Source: Fidelibacterota bacterium
GTDB taxonomy: Bacteria > Fidelibacterota > Marinisomatia > Marinisomatales > Marinisomataceae
Reading direction: 5' to 3'
Length of the DNA stretch: 64,000 bases
Assembly: GCA_018672235.1 (NCBI GenBank)
Contig: JABHGE010000021.1
Span: 9,118 to 73,117 of the forward strand
In this document: in pieces, positions 9,239-18,792 of the stretch
Position numbering within the stretch: the first letter of the stretch is position 1
Layout: every line of letters starts with the position of its first letter
Position numbers and translations under genes: made by a program
The notes under the pieces: model-generated
What the model was told of the DNA's origin: nothing
Databases searched by the model: none
The model's input: only the letters and a program-made list of their open reading frames with translations

Positions 9239-10723
9239 TTATAAAGAATATTCTCCAAATACTTTTTTCAAGGAATGAGATATTTCTCCTAGAGTACATT
9301 TGTTATCACTACATGCTATAATATATGGCATTAAATTTTCGTTAGTTTTTGCTTTTTCTTCGAGCAATACAAGAGACTTATTAGCATCTGCTTGATTACG
9401 AGCTGATTTAAATTTTTGAATGACTAACAATCTGTCTTCTTCAACCAATTCTGTAATATTTTTTTCTTCCAAAGATTCTTTATTTATAAATTTATTAACT
9501 CCTATTACAACTGCTTTTTTATCATCTAAATCATTTTGAAACTTTATTGATGATTCAGCAATTTCATTTTGAATAGTTCCATCTTGAATAAGTTTTTCAA
9601 CTCCACCTTTTTCTAAGATATCATCAATCTTAATATTCACCTCTCTTACTATATCCTTAGTCATATTGTCTACTAAGGAGCTATCTCCAATAGGGTCAAC
9701 AAATTCTGGAATTCCACTTTCATGTGCAATTACCTGTTGTATTCTCAATGCTGATAAAGCATTTTTTTCAGATGGAAGACTTAGAGCTTCATCTTTTCCG
9801 TTAGTATGAATTGATTGCGCCCCACCTAGTACTGCAGCGAGACTTTGAAGTGTTGTTCTTGGAGTATTATTCTCAATTTGTTGTGCTGTCAGAGTCGATC
9901 CGGCGGTCTGTACATGGAATCGACAGAGTTGAGATTTGATATTATCTATTTTAAATCTATCTCTAACAATATGAGCCCATATTTCTCTTGCTGCTCTAAA
10001 TTTTGAAATTTCTTCGAAAAAATTTCGGTGAGAATTGAAGAAAAATGATATTTGAGTTGTTAGTTTTTCAATATCAATATTAGCTACTCTCGCAGTTTCT
10101 AAATAAGTAATAGCATTGGCAAATGTAAAAGCTAGTTCTTGCACGGCTGTACTTCCAGCTTCTCTTATGTGATATCCTGATACGGATATAGAATTCCAAT
10201 TTGGTAAGTTATGTTGACAGTATTCAAATACGTCAGTTGTTAAGCGCAAAGAAGAATTGATGGGGAATATGTATGTCCCTCTGGCTATATATTCTTTTAG
10301 TATATCATTTTGAAGAGTGCCTCTTAATTTTTCTAGAGAGTATCCTCTTTTTTTAGCCAATGATATATAAAATGCTAATAATATTGATGCAGTAGAATTG
10401 ATGGTCATAGACAAAGAGATTTGTTCTAAATTAATTTTATTGAATAGAGCCTCAATATCTTCTGAGGTCGAAATTGGTACTCCAGACTTACCTATTTCTC
10501 CAAAAGACATTTCATCATCGGAATCATAACCCATTTGCGTGGGCAAATCGAATGCAATCGATAATCCACTTACGCCACTTTCTAGTAATGACTGATATCT
10601 TTTATTTGATTCAGATACAGATGAAAAACCTGCATACTGTCTCATAGTCCACAACCTATTGCGGTACATATCCTTATAGATACCTTTAGTAAATGGAAAT
10701 TTTCCTATTTTTTTATTTGACAT
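9239..10723 (-). CDS. Methylmalonyl-CoA mutase family, catalytic (TIM-barrel) subunit without a B12-binding domain
   Basis: 494 aa. FTKGIYKDMYRNRLWTMRQYAGFSS, SIAFDLPTQMGYDSD and RFHVQTAGSTLTAQQ are typical of acyl-CoA mutase large subunits. No C-terminal DxHxxG B12 domain. Confidence 0.8.
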   Translation of the reverse strand: MSNKKIGKFPFTKGIYKDMYRNRLWTMRQYAGFSSVSESNKRYQSLLESGVSGLSIAFDLPTQMGYDSDDEMSFGEIGKSGVPISTSEDIEALFNKINLEQISLSMTINSTASILLAFYISLAKKRGYSLEKLRGTLQNDILKEYIARGTYIFPINSSLRLTTDVFEYCQHNLPNWNSISVSGYHIREAGSTAVQELAFTFANAITYLETARVANIDIEKLTTQISFFFNSHRNFFEEISKFRAAREIWAHIVRDRFKIDNIKSQLCRFHVQTAGSTLTAQQIENNTPRTTLQSLAAVLGGAQSIHTNGKDEALSLPSEKNALSALRIQQVIAHESGIPEFVDPIGDSSLVDNMTKDIVREVNIKIDDILEKGGVEKLIQDGTIQNEIAESSIKFQNDLDDKKAVVIGVNKFINKESLEEKNITELVEEDRLLVIQKFKSARNQADANKSLVLLEEKAKTNENLMPYIIACSDNKCTLGEISHSLKKVFGEYSL

Positions 10724-10789
10724 GATTTAACCTAATTTAATTCTAAAATGAGTATTGTAATTAATGAATTTTAACTAACATATACTATT

Positions 10790-11314
10790 ATGGAATATTC
10801 AAGAGCAGAAAAAATAAAATATTGGTGGCGATATAAGAACTATTTTACCAATCAATCTCAAAAATATGAGTATTCTACAGCTCAAAAAGGATCTATTTTA
10901 ATAGTACTTCCAGATGGAGAAGTTGCATTTGATTTAGCAAATCTTTTTTTAGAAAAAATTCAAAATAACGATGTCAAAGTTAATTTTTTGGTTAAAGATT
11001 CTTTGATTAATTTTTATCCAATAGAATTGAGCAAGTCAGCATTATTATTTTCTTATAAAGATATTAATTCTCTGGGCGTTCCTACTGATCAGTTTGTAAA
11101 AAAAATTAAAGAAATGAGATATGAAAATATGATTGATTTAAATATTAATTTTAGTCGTTTTTCTTCATTTTTTTTAAGGGCATGTCATCCAAAAGTAAGA
11201 ATGGGTTTTAGTTATGATAATTCAAAAAAATATTATAATGTTATACTTGATACAAATTATCAAAGAGATTTAGAGGGAACATTTACTATGATTCAACAGT
11301 TTATAAAAATATAA
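10790..11314 (+). CDS. Hypothetical protein
   Basis: 174-aa ORF, coding-like composition, 1-nt overlap with the next gene. No motif I can name. Confidence 0.35.
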   Translation: MEYSRAEKIKYWWRYKNYFTNQSQKYEYSTAQKGSILIVLPDGEVAFDLANLFLEKIQNNDVKVNFLVKDSLINFYPIELSKSALLFSYKDINSLGVPTDQFVKKIKEMRYENMIDLNINFSRFSSFFLRACHPKVRMGFSYDNSKKYYNVILDTNYQRDLEGTFTMIQQFIKI

Positions 11315-12081
11315 TGGACTATTTAAAAAAGATTATAATATCGGATCTTGTCTTATTAGACCAGTCCAGCCCTTTGTTTGAAGTAGTAAAGCATCCTTGG
11401 AATTTGATTAATAGTATCCCTGATTTATTTTCAGAACTTACGTCGACATATGATAGTAAAAAAAATGTAATTATTAATGATAGCAATGGTCCAGTTGTGA
11501 TTGATGATACAGCTACAATAGAGCCCTTTACATTTTTGAATGGTCCTTTATTTATAGGTAAAAATACTTTAGTCAAATCTCACTCTACTATATCAAATTC
11601 TATTATTAATCATGATTGTAAGGTAAGTGGAGAAATTCACTCTTGTATTTTTCAACCCTACTCAAACAAGGCTCATGATGGATTCTTGGGACACAGTTTC
11701 ATTGGATCCTGGGCAAATCTAGGAGCAGGTACAACCACTAGTAATTTAAAAAATAATTATTCTTCTATAAGTGTGAAATGGGATGGCAAATTAATAGATA
11801 CAGAATCTATATTTTTTGGTTCTATTATTGGCGAGCATGTTAAAACAGCCATTGGGACAAACTTAAATACTGGAACAGTTATTGAGTTGGGATGTAATAT
11901 CGTTTCCCAATCTTTTCCACCTAGACATATTGCCGCTTTTTCCTTATTCTATAAAAACAAGTCAATGAAAATACAATTTGATAATTTTTGTGATACCGCA
12001 GAAAAAGCGATGCAAAGAAGAAATAGATCTCTTTCCTCCTCTGATAAATCTGTCTTAAAGAGTATTTACAAAAACTGTTGA
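11314..12081 (+). CDS. Left-handed beta-helix (hexapeptide-repeat) transferase-like protein
   Basis: 255 aa. Repeated [LIV]-G-x4 turns (IGKNTLV, ISNSII, IGSWANLGAGTTT, IGEHVKTAIGTNLNTGTVI). Confidence 0.45.
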   Translation: MDYLKKIIISDLVLLDQSSPLFEVVKHPWNLINSIPDLFSELTSTYDSKKNVIINDSNGPVVIDDTATIEPFTFLNGPLFIGKNTLVKSHSTISNSIINHDCKVSGEIHSCIFQPYSNKAHDGFLGHSFIGSWANLGAGTTTSNLKNNYSSISVKWDGKLIDTESIFFGSIIGEHVKTAIGTNLNTGTVIELGCNIVSQSFPPRHIAAFSLFYKNKSMKIQFDNFCDTAEKAMQRRNRSLSSSDKSVLKSIYKNC

Positions 12082-12115
12082 CTCCATAGCTAACTAATAA
12101 TACTTTCGTCTCTAT

Positions 12116-12514
12116 ATGGAACCAATTGATTTAAACAGCGTAGACGAGGTAATAAGTCCTTGTTGTGATGAAGAAATAAGAACTTCAGAGATTGGTCCCA
12201 AGTTAAATTGTCCTCTTTGTAAAGCTAATCTGAAACAAAGAATATATCTTCCATTCCTTGAGTATCTAATGGAAAATGGCCATGTAGAAAACTTAGATTT
12301 CTTTGATTTAGATTTATATAGTCAAGACAAAGAAGCTTTAGATAGTGAAGACGAAGAATTAGATCTGGATAAATACGAAGTCAAGAAAGATAGTCTAAAC
12401 ATATACGAAGATGATGCAAAATTTAGTTCAAATGCGCCAGTATCAGAAACTTCTATAGATGAGTCAGCAATGTCTAGTGATTGGACTAAGTTTGCTACTG
12501 AAGACTCTGATTAA
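12116..12514 (+). CDS. Hypothetical acidic protein with an N-terminal Cys4 (zinc-ribbon-like) motif
   Basis: 132 aa. CC-x14-CPLC followed by a D/E-rich tail. Confidence 0.35.
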   Translation: MEPIDLNSVDEVISPCCDEEIRTSEIGPKLNCPLCKANLKQRIYLPFLEYLMENGHVENLDFFDLDLYSQDKEALDSEDEELDLDKYEVKKDSLNIYEDDAKFSSNAPVSETSIDESAMSSDWTKFATEDSD

Positions 12515-12613
12515 TACGCCTTTTTTGTAAAAAATTCACTTTACAATATATTGTAGTTAACGCTAACTTGATTGAGTTGAATGTATTTTAGTTTTTACTG
12601 CTTTAATAATTTT

Positions 12614-12685
12614 CAGGCTATAAAATTATGAAAGATTGAAAGACTTTCCCCCGCTTATCAACTTTCTTTTATAGCCTGTTTTTTT
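12614..12685 (+). terminator. Long hairpin plus T7 tract: an intrinsic terminator or the 3-prime end of a small RNA
   Basis: CAGGCTATAAAA (12614-12625) is perfectly complementary to TTTTATAGCCTG (12667-12678), followed by TTTTTTT (12679-12685). The 41-nt interior has GAAAG/CTTTC pairing. Confidence 0.5.
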
Positions 12686-12779
12686 ATCGGTTTTATTCTT
12701 TTTTAATTTGCTTCATTAAAAGAATTGAATTAATATTGTATATTAGACTGAGCAGTCGGTTTTTAAAAAAAATTTAATT

Positions 12780-13550
12780 ATGAAAATAGCAGTACTAACC
12801 AAAGCAATCCCAAGTTATGAATCTAGTATTCGTATCGATTCTTCGTCCACATGGATTGATGAGTCAGTTGTTAATTTTGTGGTCAATGAAAGCGATTCCT
12901 ATGCTTTAGAAGAAGCGTTACAAATTAAAGAAAAGCTAGATAATGGAAGTGAAGTAGTGGTTGTGACTATGGGTTCTCAAGACAATACATCAAAAGTATT
13001 AAAAGATGGATTAGCTAAAGGTGCTGATAGAGCTATTTTTATTCAAAATGAGGATTCAAATACCGACCCACTATCTATTTCAAAATTATTTTCTCAAAGT
13101 TTAAAAGATGAAAACTTTGATTTAATATTTTCCGGTTTACAGTCAGATGATTTAGGATCTGGACAAACTGGAGTACTAATAGGGGAATTATTAGGAATGT
13201 CTACTGCCACACTTGGAATTGAAACAGATATTCAGGATGGTGAAATTAAAATCAAGAGAGAATTAGAGTCTGGATGGTTTCAATGGGTTACCTTGCCTTT
13301 CCCAGCTAGCGTATCGATTCAATCTGGTATTAACGAACCTAGATATCCTTCATTAAAAGGAATTATGGGCGCTAAACGCAAAGAATTAAAAGTAGTAGAT
13401 GGGCAGCTTTCTGATAGTCCAAAACAAAATTTTATCAAACTATTTCTTCCTAAGACTGAAAAAGCCACAGAGAAAATTGAAGGTGATGTCGATGGAATAG
13501 TTGCGAAGTTAATGGATATATTAAAAAATAAATTACGAGTGATAGCATGA
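12780..13550 (+). CDS. etfB: Electron transfer flavoprotein beta subunit
   Basis: 256 aa. MKIAVLTKAIPS N-terminus. Pattern typical of EtfB. 4-nt overlap with etfA. Confidence 0.85.
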   Translation: MKIAVLTKAIPSYESSIRIDSSSTWIDESVVNFVVNESDSYALEEALQIKEKLDNGSEVVVVTMGSQDNTSKVLKDGLAKGADRAIFIQNEDSNTDPLSISKLFSQSLKDENFDLIFSGLQSDDLGSGQTGVLIGELLGMSTATLGIETDIQDGEIKIKRELESGWFQWVTLPFPASVSIQSGINEPRYPSLKGIMGAKRKELKVVDGQLSDSPKQNFIKLFLPKTEKATEKIEGDVDGIVAKLMDILKNKLRVIA

Positions 13551-14518
13551 TCTTAGTTGTATTAGAAAATCAAAGAGGCAATATTCACGCCTTTAGTAAG
13601 GAGGCGGTATCTGCCGGTCAAAACTTAGGATCTAAGCTAGGAATGGATGTGTCTATTCTATGTATGGGCGAAAATGCAAGCTCGCTTAAAGATCAAGCCA
13701 ATGACTATAAATCACAAAATTTAATTTTAGCAGAACACGATATGGTTAATACTTATTCTGCCGATGGATATTCAAAAGTTTTATCAGATGTCATTACAGA
13801 TTTATCGCCTAAATACGTTATAATGGGTCACTCTTATATGGTACGTGATTTTTTACCTAGAGTGAGTGCAAAGTTAGATATACCATTTGTCAGTGATATC
13901 ATATCGGTTGCATATGATGGAGATAATCCGGTATTTGCACGTCAAGTATTCAATGCAAAACTGGCTACTAATATTCAGCCAGATTCAAATAGTAATACAA
14001 CACTTCTTAGCTTCCAATCTGCAGCATTTTCTAGTGATAATATAGAATTGGGAGGTTCTGATGCTGCATCTGTATTTGAAGTAAATCTTAATACTGAAGA
14101 TATTAAGTCTAGTAGTGAACCAGAATTTCAGGAATCTGCATCTGGTGTAGATTTAACTACTGCAGATGTCATTGTGTCTGTAGGTAGAGGTATTGAAAGT
14201 CAGGATAACATCCCTATGGTCGAATCCTTGGCAAAAGCAATGGGAGCAGAAATAGCTTCATCTAGACCTGTAGTAGATATGGGTTGGTTACCATCATACA
14301 GGCAAGTTGGAAGTTCAGGACAGGCAGTATCCCCTAATTTATATTTCTCTGTGGGTATTTCTGGCGCTATTCAGCATGTAGTTGGTATGAAGGGCTCAAA
14401 AAATATTATTGCAATTAACAAAGATGAGGAAGCTCCTATTTTTGAGATTGCAGATTATGCTGTCATTGGCGATTTAATGGAGATCGTACCAAAATTGACA
14501 GAAGAGCTTCAGAAATAA
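13547..14518 (+). CDS. etfA: Electron transfer flavoprotein alpha subunit
   Basis: 323 aa. C-terminal FAD-binding signature SSRPVVDMGW, QVGSSGQAVSPNLYFSVGISGAIQH, IIAINKDEEAPIF. Confidence 0.9.
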   Translation: MILVVLENQRGNIHAFSKEAVSAGQNLGSKLGMDVSILCMGENASSLKDQANDYKSQNLILAEHDMVNTYSADGYSKVLSDVITDLSPKYVIMGHSYMVRDFLPRVSAKLDIPFVSDIISVAYDGDNPVFARQVFNAKLATNIQPDSNSNTTLLSFQSAAFSSDNIELGGSDAASVFEVNLNTEDIKSSSEPEFQESASGVDLTTADVIVSVGRGIESQDNIPMVESLAKAMGAEIASSRPVVDMGWLPSYRQVGSSGQAVSPNLYFSVGISGAIQHVVGMKGSKNIIAINKDEEAPIFEIADYAVIGDLMEIVPKLTEELQK

Positions 14519-14534
14519 ATAATATATATATCAT

Positions 14535-16388
14535 ATGATAAAGTTCTCTCTAATAGAACAATTAGTTTTAATCTTATTTTTGTCTTCTGGCCTATCTTTT
14601 TTCCTTTACCAGCTACTCTTACGTCTAAAAATTGTTTTAAAAGGTAAATCTGATTTCAGCATTGATAAACTTCCGGATCGATTGTTAAGAGTTTTTAATG
14701 AAGTTATTTTGCATAAAAAGGTTGCGAGTGGCGGAAGAAAATCTGCTGGAATAATGCACGCATTTGTTATGTATGGTTTTATCTTCTTTGGATTGATAAC
14801 AATTAATCATTTTTTTATGGCATTCGGAATCCACTTCTTTAGTGAAACGTTTCGCTTTTGGTATTTTAGATTATTTGGAGGGCCCTGGGCTTTTTTATGT
14901 TCATTTGGTATCCTGGGCTTAGCATACCGTAGATTTGTTTTAAAGCCAAAAGCTTTAGGTAAATTTTCTGCTACATCAGGAGTGGTAACTATATTTATTG
15001 TGACTTTAATGGTCACATACCTAATAGATGAGACACATTTATTAAAGAGTCCAATGGCTCTTAAGGTAAATTGGTGGCTACATTCGGGAGTTATTGGTGG
15101 TTTTTTATTTCTAATTCCTAAATCGAAACATATGCATTTGGTTTTGTCTCCATTTAATATTTTTCTAAGGCCATTTGAAATACCTCATCATCAAGCGGTG
15201 CCTATAGATTTAGAGGCATCTGAAGAAGAGCTAGATAATTTACTGTTAGACTTATCAAGGCTGAGTAAAGACCAAGCATTAGATATTTTTACATGTGTTG
15301 AATGTGGAAGGTGTACAGATGTATGCCCTGCAAACAGAGGTGGAGGAATCTTAGATCCAAAATATCATTTCATACTCAATTTAAAACAACCTATGCTTGA
15401 TTCTGGGGATGTGAATGTAGTGGATAAAATCAATGTAGAAGCAGGATGGGAATGCACTACATGTCAAGCATGTACAGAAGTATGTCCTGTAGGAAATCAT
15501 GTAGAAAAAGCAGATGAAATTAGAAGTTTCCAAGTATTAGCTGAAGGAGATGTTCCTCAGGAATATCAAAAATTATTACGCAATTTACAAGAAACAGGCA
15601 ATACGGAAGGAGCATCATCAAGCGACTTACTTAAAGAGTTGCCAGCATATACTAGCGATAAAGAATTAGTGTTATGGTTAGGTTGTTTTGCTAAACATGC
15701 TATGGACCCAAACTTTGTAGGCTCTGTAAGAAATTTTACTAAAATTTTAGATTCAGCTGGGGTTACTTATGGAGTGCTTAGTAATGAACAATGTTCTGGA
15801 GATCCTGCAAATAAATTAGGTGATAAGTTAACATATCAATTATTAATGGATCAAAATGTTGAAGAATTAAATAAGGTAAAAAATGTGACCACTATGTGTC
15901 CACATTGCGTAGTTAATCTCCAAAAAGAATACAGCAAGTATCATGAAATTAAATATGAAGTAAAACATCATACTCAAGTAATATCAGAATTGTTAGATCA
16001 AGGTAAAATCAATATTAATCCAGGAGCTCTTGAGAAGGTAACGTACCATGATCCTTGCAATCTTTCTAGAACACTCGATGAAGTTAGTGCGCCACGAAAC
16101 GCTATTAAAGCTGCTGCGCCAGACTTTTTTGAATTAGATGAGAGCGGAAAAGAAACTTTATGTTGTGGAGCTGGAGGAGCACTTTGGTGGAAGAAAGATA
16201 GTGGAGAAGGACGTACTCATCTATTAAGAGCAGAGCAAGTTATTGAGTCTAAAACGGATACAGTTGTAACCGGTTGTAATTTTTGTTACGGTATGATGAA
16301 TCAAGGGATTGGTCCACTTACTCCTGCTGGTCAAGAAACAATCAAAGTAAAAGATGTAGCAGATATTGTTGCAGAAAATTTGTCTTAA
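14535..16388 (+). CDS. Membrane-anchored Fe-S oxidoreductase (HdrD/GlpC-like CCG domains), probable ETF:quinone oxidoreductase of EtfD/EMO type
   Basis: 617 aa. N-terminal multi-TM domain with conserved His. Two 4Fe-4S motifs CVECGRCTDVCP and CTTCQACTEVCP. C-terminal Cys-rich CCG regions (CCGAGG). Directly downstream of etfBA. Confidence 0.7.
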   Translation: MIKFSLIEQLVLILFLSSGLSFFLYQLLLRLKIVLKGKSDFSIDKLPDRLLRVFNEVILHKKVASGGRKSAGIMHAFVMYGFIFFGLITINHFFMAFGIHFFSETFRFWYFRLFGGPWAFLCSFGILGLAYRRFVLKPKALGKFSATSGVVTIFIVTLMVTYLIDETHLLKSPMALKVNWWLHSGVIGGFLFLIPKSKHMHLVLSPFNIFLRPFEIPHHQAVPIDLEASEEELDNLLLDLSRLSKDQALDIFTCVECGRCTDVCPANRGGGILDPKYHFILNLKQPMLDSGDVNVVDKINVEAGWECTTCQACTEVCPVGNHVEKADEIRSFQVLAEGDVPQEYQKLLRNLQETGNTEGASSSDLLKELPAYTSDKELVLWLGCFAKHAMDPNFVGSVRNFTKILDSAGVTYGVLSNEQCSGDPANKLGDKLTYQLLMDQNVEELNKVKNVTTMCPHCVVNLQKEYSKYHEIKYEVKHHTQVISELLDQGKININPGALEKVTYHDPCNLSRTLDEVSAPRNAIKAAAPDFFELDESGKETLCCGAGGALWWKKDSGEGRTHLLRAEQVIESKTDTVVTGCNFCYGMMNQGIGPLTPAGQETIKVKDVADIVAENLS

Positions 16389-16389
16389 T

Positions 16390-16635
16390 TTATTTTTTAC
16401 TATAAATCTGAATAGCCGAACATGGCTCACCAAAATAAATATTTTTAGCATAGTTTGATAAGTGTGATGAAATAATTAGATATGCCCATGTAGGAACTGG
16501 TACACCAGCACAACCCTTAATCATAACTTTTTTATTATTAAATGATTCCCAATCTATTGTTTTTATTTGAGCACGAAATTCTTTTTCCTTAATCATACCA
16601 TCAGAAAGAAAATCATCTAAGCTAATAGTTTCCAT
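16390..16635 (-). CDS. Small conserved protein at the end of the suf cluster (DUF2480-like)
   Basis: 81-aa ORF whose start overlaps the sufS stop by 1 nt. The family assignment is from memory of suf-linked DUF2480 proteins and is tentative. Confidence 0.4.
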   Translation of the reverse strand: METISLDDFLSDGMIKEKEFRAQIKTIDWESFNNKKVMIKGCAGVPVPTWAYLIISSHLSNYAKNIYFGEPCSAIQIYSKK

Positions 16636-17849
16636 TAGCTTAAAGTGGTAATTGTGCTCTTTAGTTTTTCGATAAATAAATCTATTTCTGAAGTATCATT
16701 ATAGAGATAAAGACTGAGTCTTAAGCATGATGAAATATTTAATTTAGACATTAATGGAGAGCAGCAGTGCCTTCCAGATCTCATAGTAATACCTTCGTAG
16801 TCTAGCATTTGAGTAATATCTCCAGAATGAATACCGTCTATATTAAAGCTGACAATAGAAATACGATTATGAGACGGTCCATATATAGTAACCCCATCAA
16901 TTTTACTTAATTCTTTAAAAGTGTAATCAGATATCATTTCAGTATGCTTTGTAATCTCATTAATTCCAAGTTCATTGATAAAATCAATAGCATAGCTTAA
17001 TCCAATTACTTGAGATGCATTAGGTGATCCTGCTTCGAATCTATATGGTACATCGTTCCATGTAGATTCTTGTAATGTTACTTCTTTTATCATGCCACCA
17101 CCTGTTTGGTAAGGCTCCATTTTTTCTAATAAATCTTGTTTTCCATATAAAACTCCTACACCAGTAGGACCTAACATCTTATGACCTGAAAAAGCAAAAA
17201 AGTCACAATCTAGATCTTCTACATCCACTTTAAAATGAGGAGTACTTTGACAGCCATCAACCATTACCAAAGTATTATTTTGATGTGCAAGATTGATAAT
17301 TTCTTTCATTGGATTGATTGTCCCCAATACATTAGAAGCTTGTGTAATAGATAGTATTTTAACTTTATCGGTCAGCTTACTTTTTAAACTTTCCATATCT
17401 AATGTACCGTCTTCTTTTACAGAAATATATTTTAATATTGCTCCAGTGCGTTTAGTGATGACTTGCCATGGTACAATATTTGAATGGTGTTCCATCTCAC
17501 TTATTAATACAATATCATTTTTTCTAAGATTAGAAAAGCCCCAAGAATCAGCAACTAGATTAATAGATTCAGTGGCTCCCTTGGTAAATATAATTGATGA
17601 GCTATGCTTTGATCCAATAAACTTTGCAACTTTATTTCTAGTACCCTCAAAAGCGTTAGTTGCTTTTTCACCTAACTCATAAACACTTCGATGAATACTG
17701 CCATAAGAATTTTTATAGAAATCACTTTCTCCTTCAATGACAGATAAAGGTTTTAAGCTTGTAGCTGCACTATCAAGATAGATAAGTTTTTTCCCACGAT
17801 TCTTTTGCTTCAAGATAGGAAATTGACTTTTTATTTTTTGAATATCCAT
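16635..17849 (-). CDS. sufS: Cysteine desulfurase SufS (class V aminotransferase)
   Basis: 404 aa. PLP-lysine motif FSGHKMLGPTGVGVLYG. Active-site loop RSGRHCCSPL. Confidence 0.9.
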   Translation of the reverse strand: MDIQKIKSQFPILKQKNRGKKLIYLDSAATSLKPLSVIEGESDFYKNSYGSIHRSVYELGEKATNAFEGTRNKVAKFIGSKHSSSIIFTKGATESINLVADSWGFSNLRKNDIVLISEMEHHSNIVPWQVITKRTGAILKYISVKEDGTLDMESLKSKLTDKVKILSITQASNVLGTINPMKEIINLAHQNNTLVMVDGCQSTPHFKVDVEDLDCDFFAFSGHKMLGPTGVGVLYGKQDLLEKMEPYQTGGGMIKEVTLQESTWNDVPYRFEAGSPNASQVIGLSYAIDFINELGINEITKHTEMISDYTFKELSKIDGVTIYGPSHNRISIVSFNIDGIHSGDITQMLDYEGITMRSGRHCCSPLMSKLNISSCLRLSLYLYNDTSEIDLFIEKLKSTITTLS

Positions 17850-17855
17850 AATGGC

Positions 17856-18377
17856 CTAGTAAAGACCGAGTTGTAATTTTGCTGCATCAGACATCATATC
17901 TTGGTTCCATTGAGGCTCCCAAACCAGTTCAACATCTACAGATTTAGCTCCACTCAATGAGGATAATTTTTGTTTTACTTCATCGGCAATGACTGGACCC
18001 ATTCCACATCCTGGAGCAGTTAAAGTCATTTGTATTCGAATATTTACACCGTCATCTTCTTGGTCAATATCGGTATTGTATACCAAACCTAAATCAACAA
18101 TATTGACAGGAATTTCAGGATCATAACATGTATGTAATACATTCCAAATTTCCTCTTTATTAGCAAAATTATTAGAATTTATAAGTCGTTTTTCTTCTCC
18201 AATAGCTTCTCCATCAATACCTTTTATTTGATACATATTGCCCTCAACAACAACAGTATAGTTATCACCTAGAGACTGAGTAAGAATGCCGGACATCCCT
18301 TTATTTAAAGTAGTTTTAATACCGTCAGGGACGCTATGCACTACTACATCTTTTTCTAATATAAATTCTTTATTCAT
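17856..18377 (-). CDS. sufT: Fe-S assembly protein SufT (long DUF59/MIP18 form)
   Basis: 173 aa. CYDPEIPVNIVDLGLVY and TAPGCGMG in the C-terminal half. Lies within the suf cluster. Confidence 0.7.
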   Translation of the reverse strand: MNKEFILEKDVVVHSVPDGIKTTLNKGMSGILTQSLGDNYTVVVEGNMYQIKGIDGEAIGEEKRLINSNNFANKEEIWNVLHTCYDPEIPVNIVDLGLVYNTDIDQEDDGVNIRIQMTLTAPGCGMGPVIADEVKQKLSSLSGAKSVDVELVWEPQWNQDMMSDAAKLQLGLY

Positions 18378-18792
18378 TTATTAACTCTTTCTTTATAAAT
18401 AATAACGCACCAATAAATCCATTCTGTCTTTGACTCGAAATAGTTGGTCCTATATTAAGCCATTCAAAAATCTTTATAGGTTCATCAAAATCATCTATAA
18501 AATCAATAATATTCTTTTTTTGTTCATTATTAAAACCAATCTGTAAAATTCTTAATAATCCTTTAACTATCGAACTTTCAGAGTCAACAGTAATAGATAT
18601 AGTATCTTGATTTTGAATGTTAACCCATGTTTGAGATGTGCATGCATGCACTTTATTAGATTCTATTTTGTCTGCCTCGTTAATGCAGTCAATTTTTTTC
18701 CCTAAATCAATTAAATAGACCAATCGATCTTGGCCATCAAGAGTTGAAAATCCGTCTCTAATATGAGACAATTTTTCGGTTATACTACCCAT
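18370..18792 (-). CDS. sufE: SufE-like sulfur acceptor
   Basis: 140 aa. Conserved Cys context VHACTSQTWV. Lies between sufD and sufT/sufS. Confidence 0.7.
   Translation of the reverse strand: MGSITEKLSHIRDGFSTLDGQDRLVYLIDLGKKIDCINEADKIESNKVHACTSQTWVNIQNQDTISITVDSESSIVKGLLRILQIGFNNEQKKNIIDFIDDFDEPIKIFEWLNIGPTISSQRQNGFIGALLFIKKELINE

Noticed and set aside
12746-12764. IscR type-1-like site (GACTG-AG-CAGTCGG) upstream of etfB
   Set aside because: The half-sites resemble YYGACTR...YAGTCRR, but the spacing is 1 nt shorter than the consensus. The gene context (etf rather than isc/suf) does not fit. It is retained only as an unassigned palindrome.
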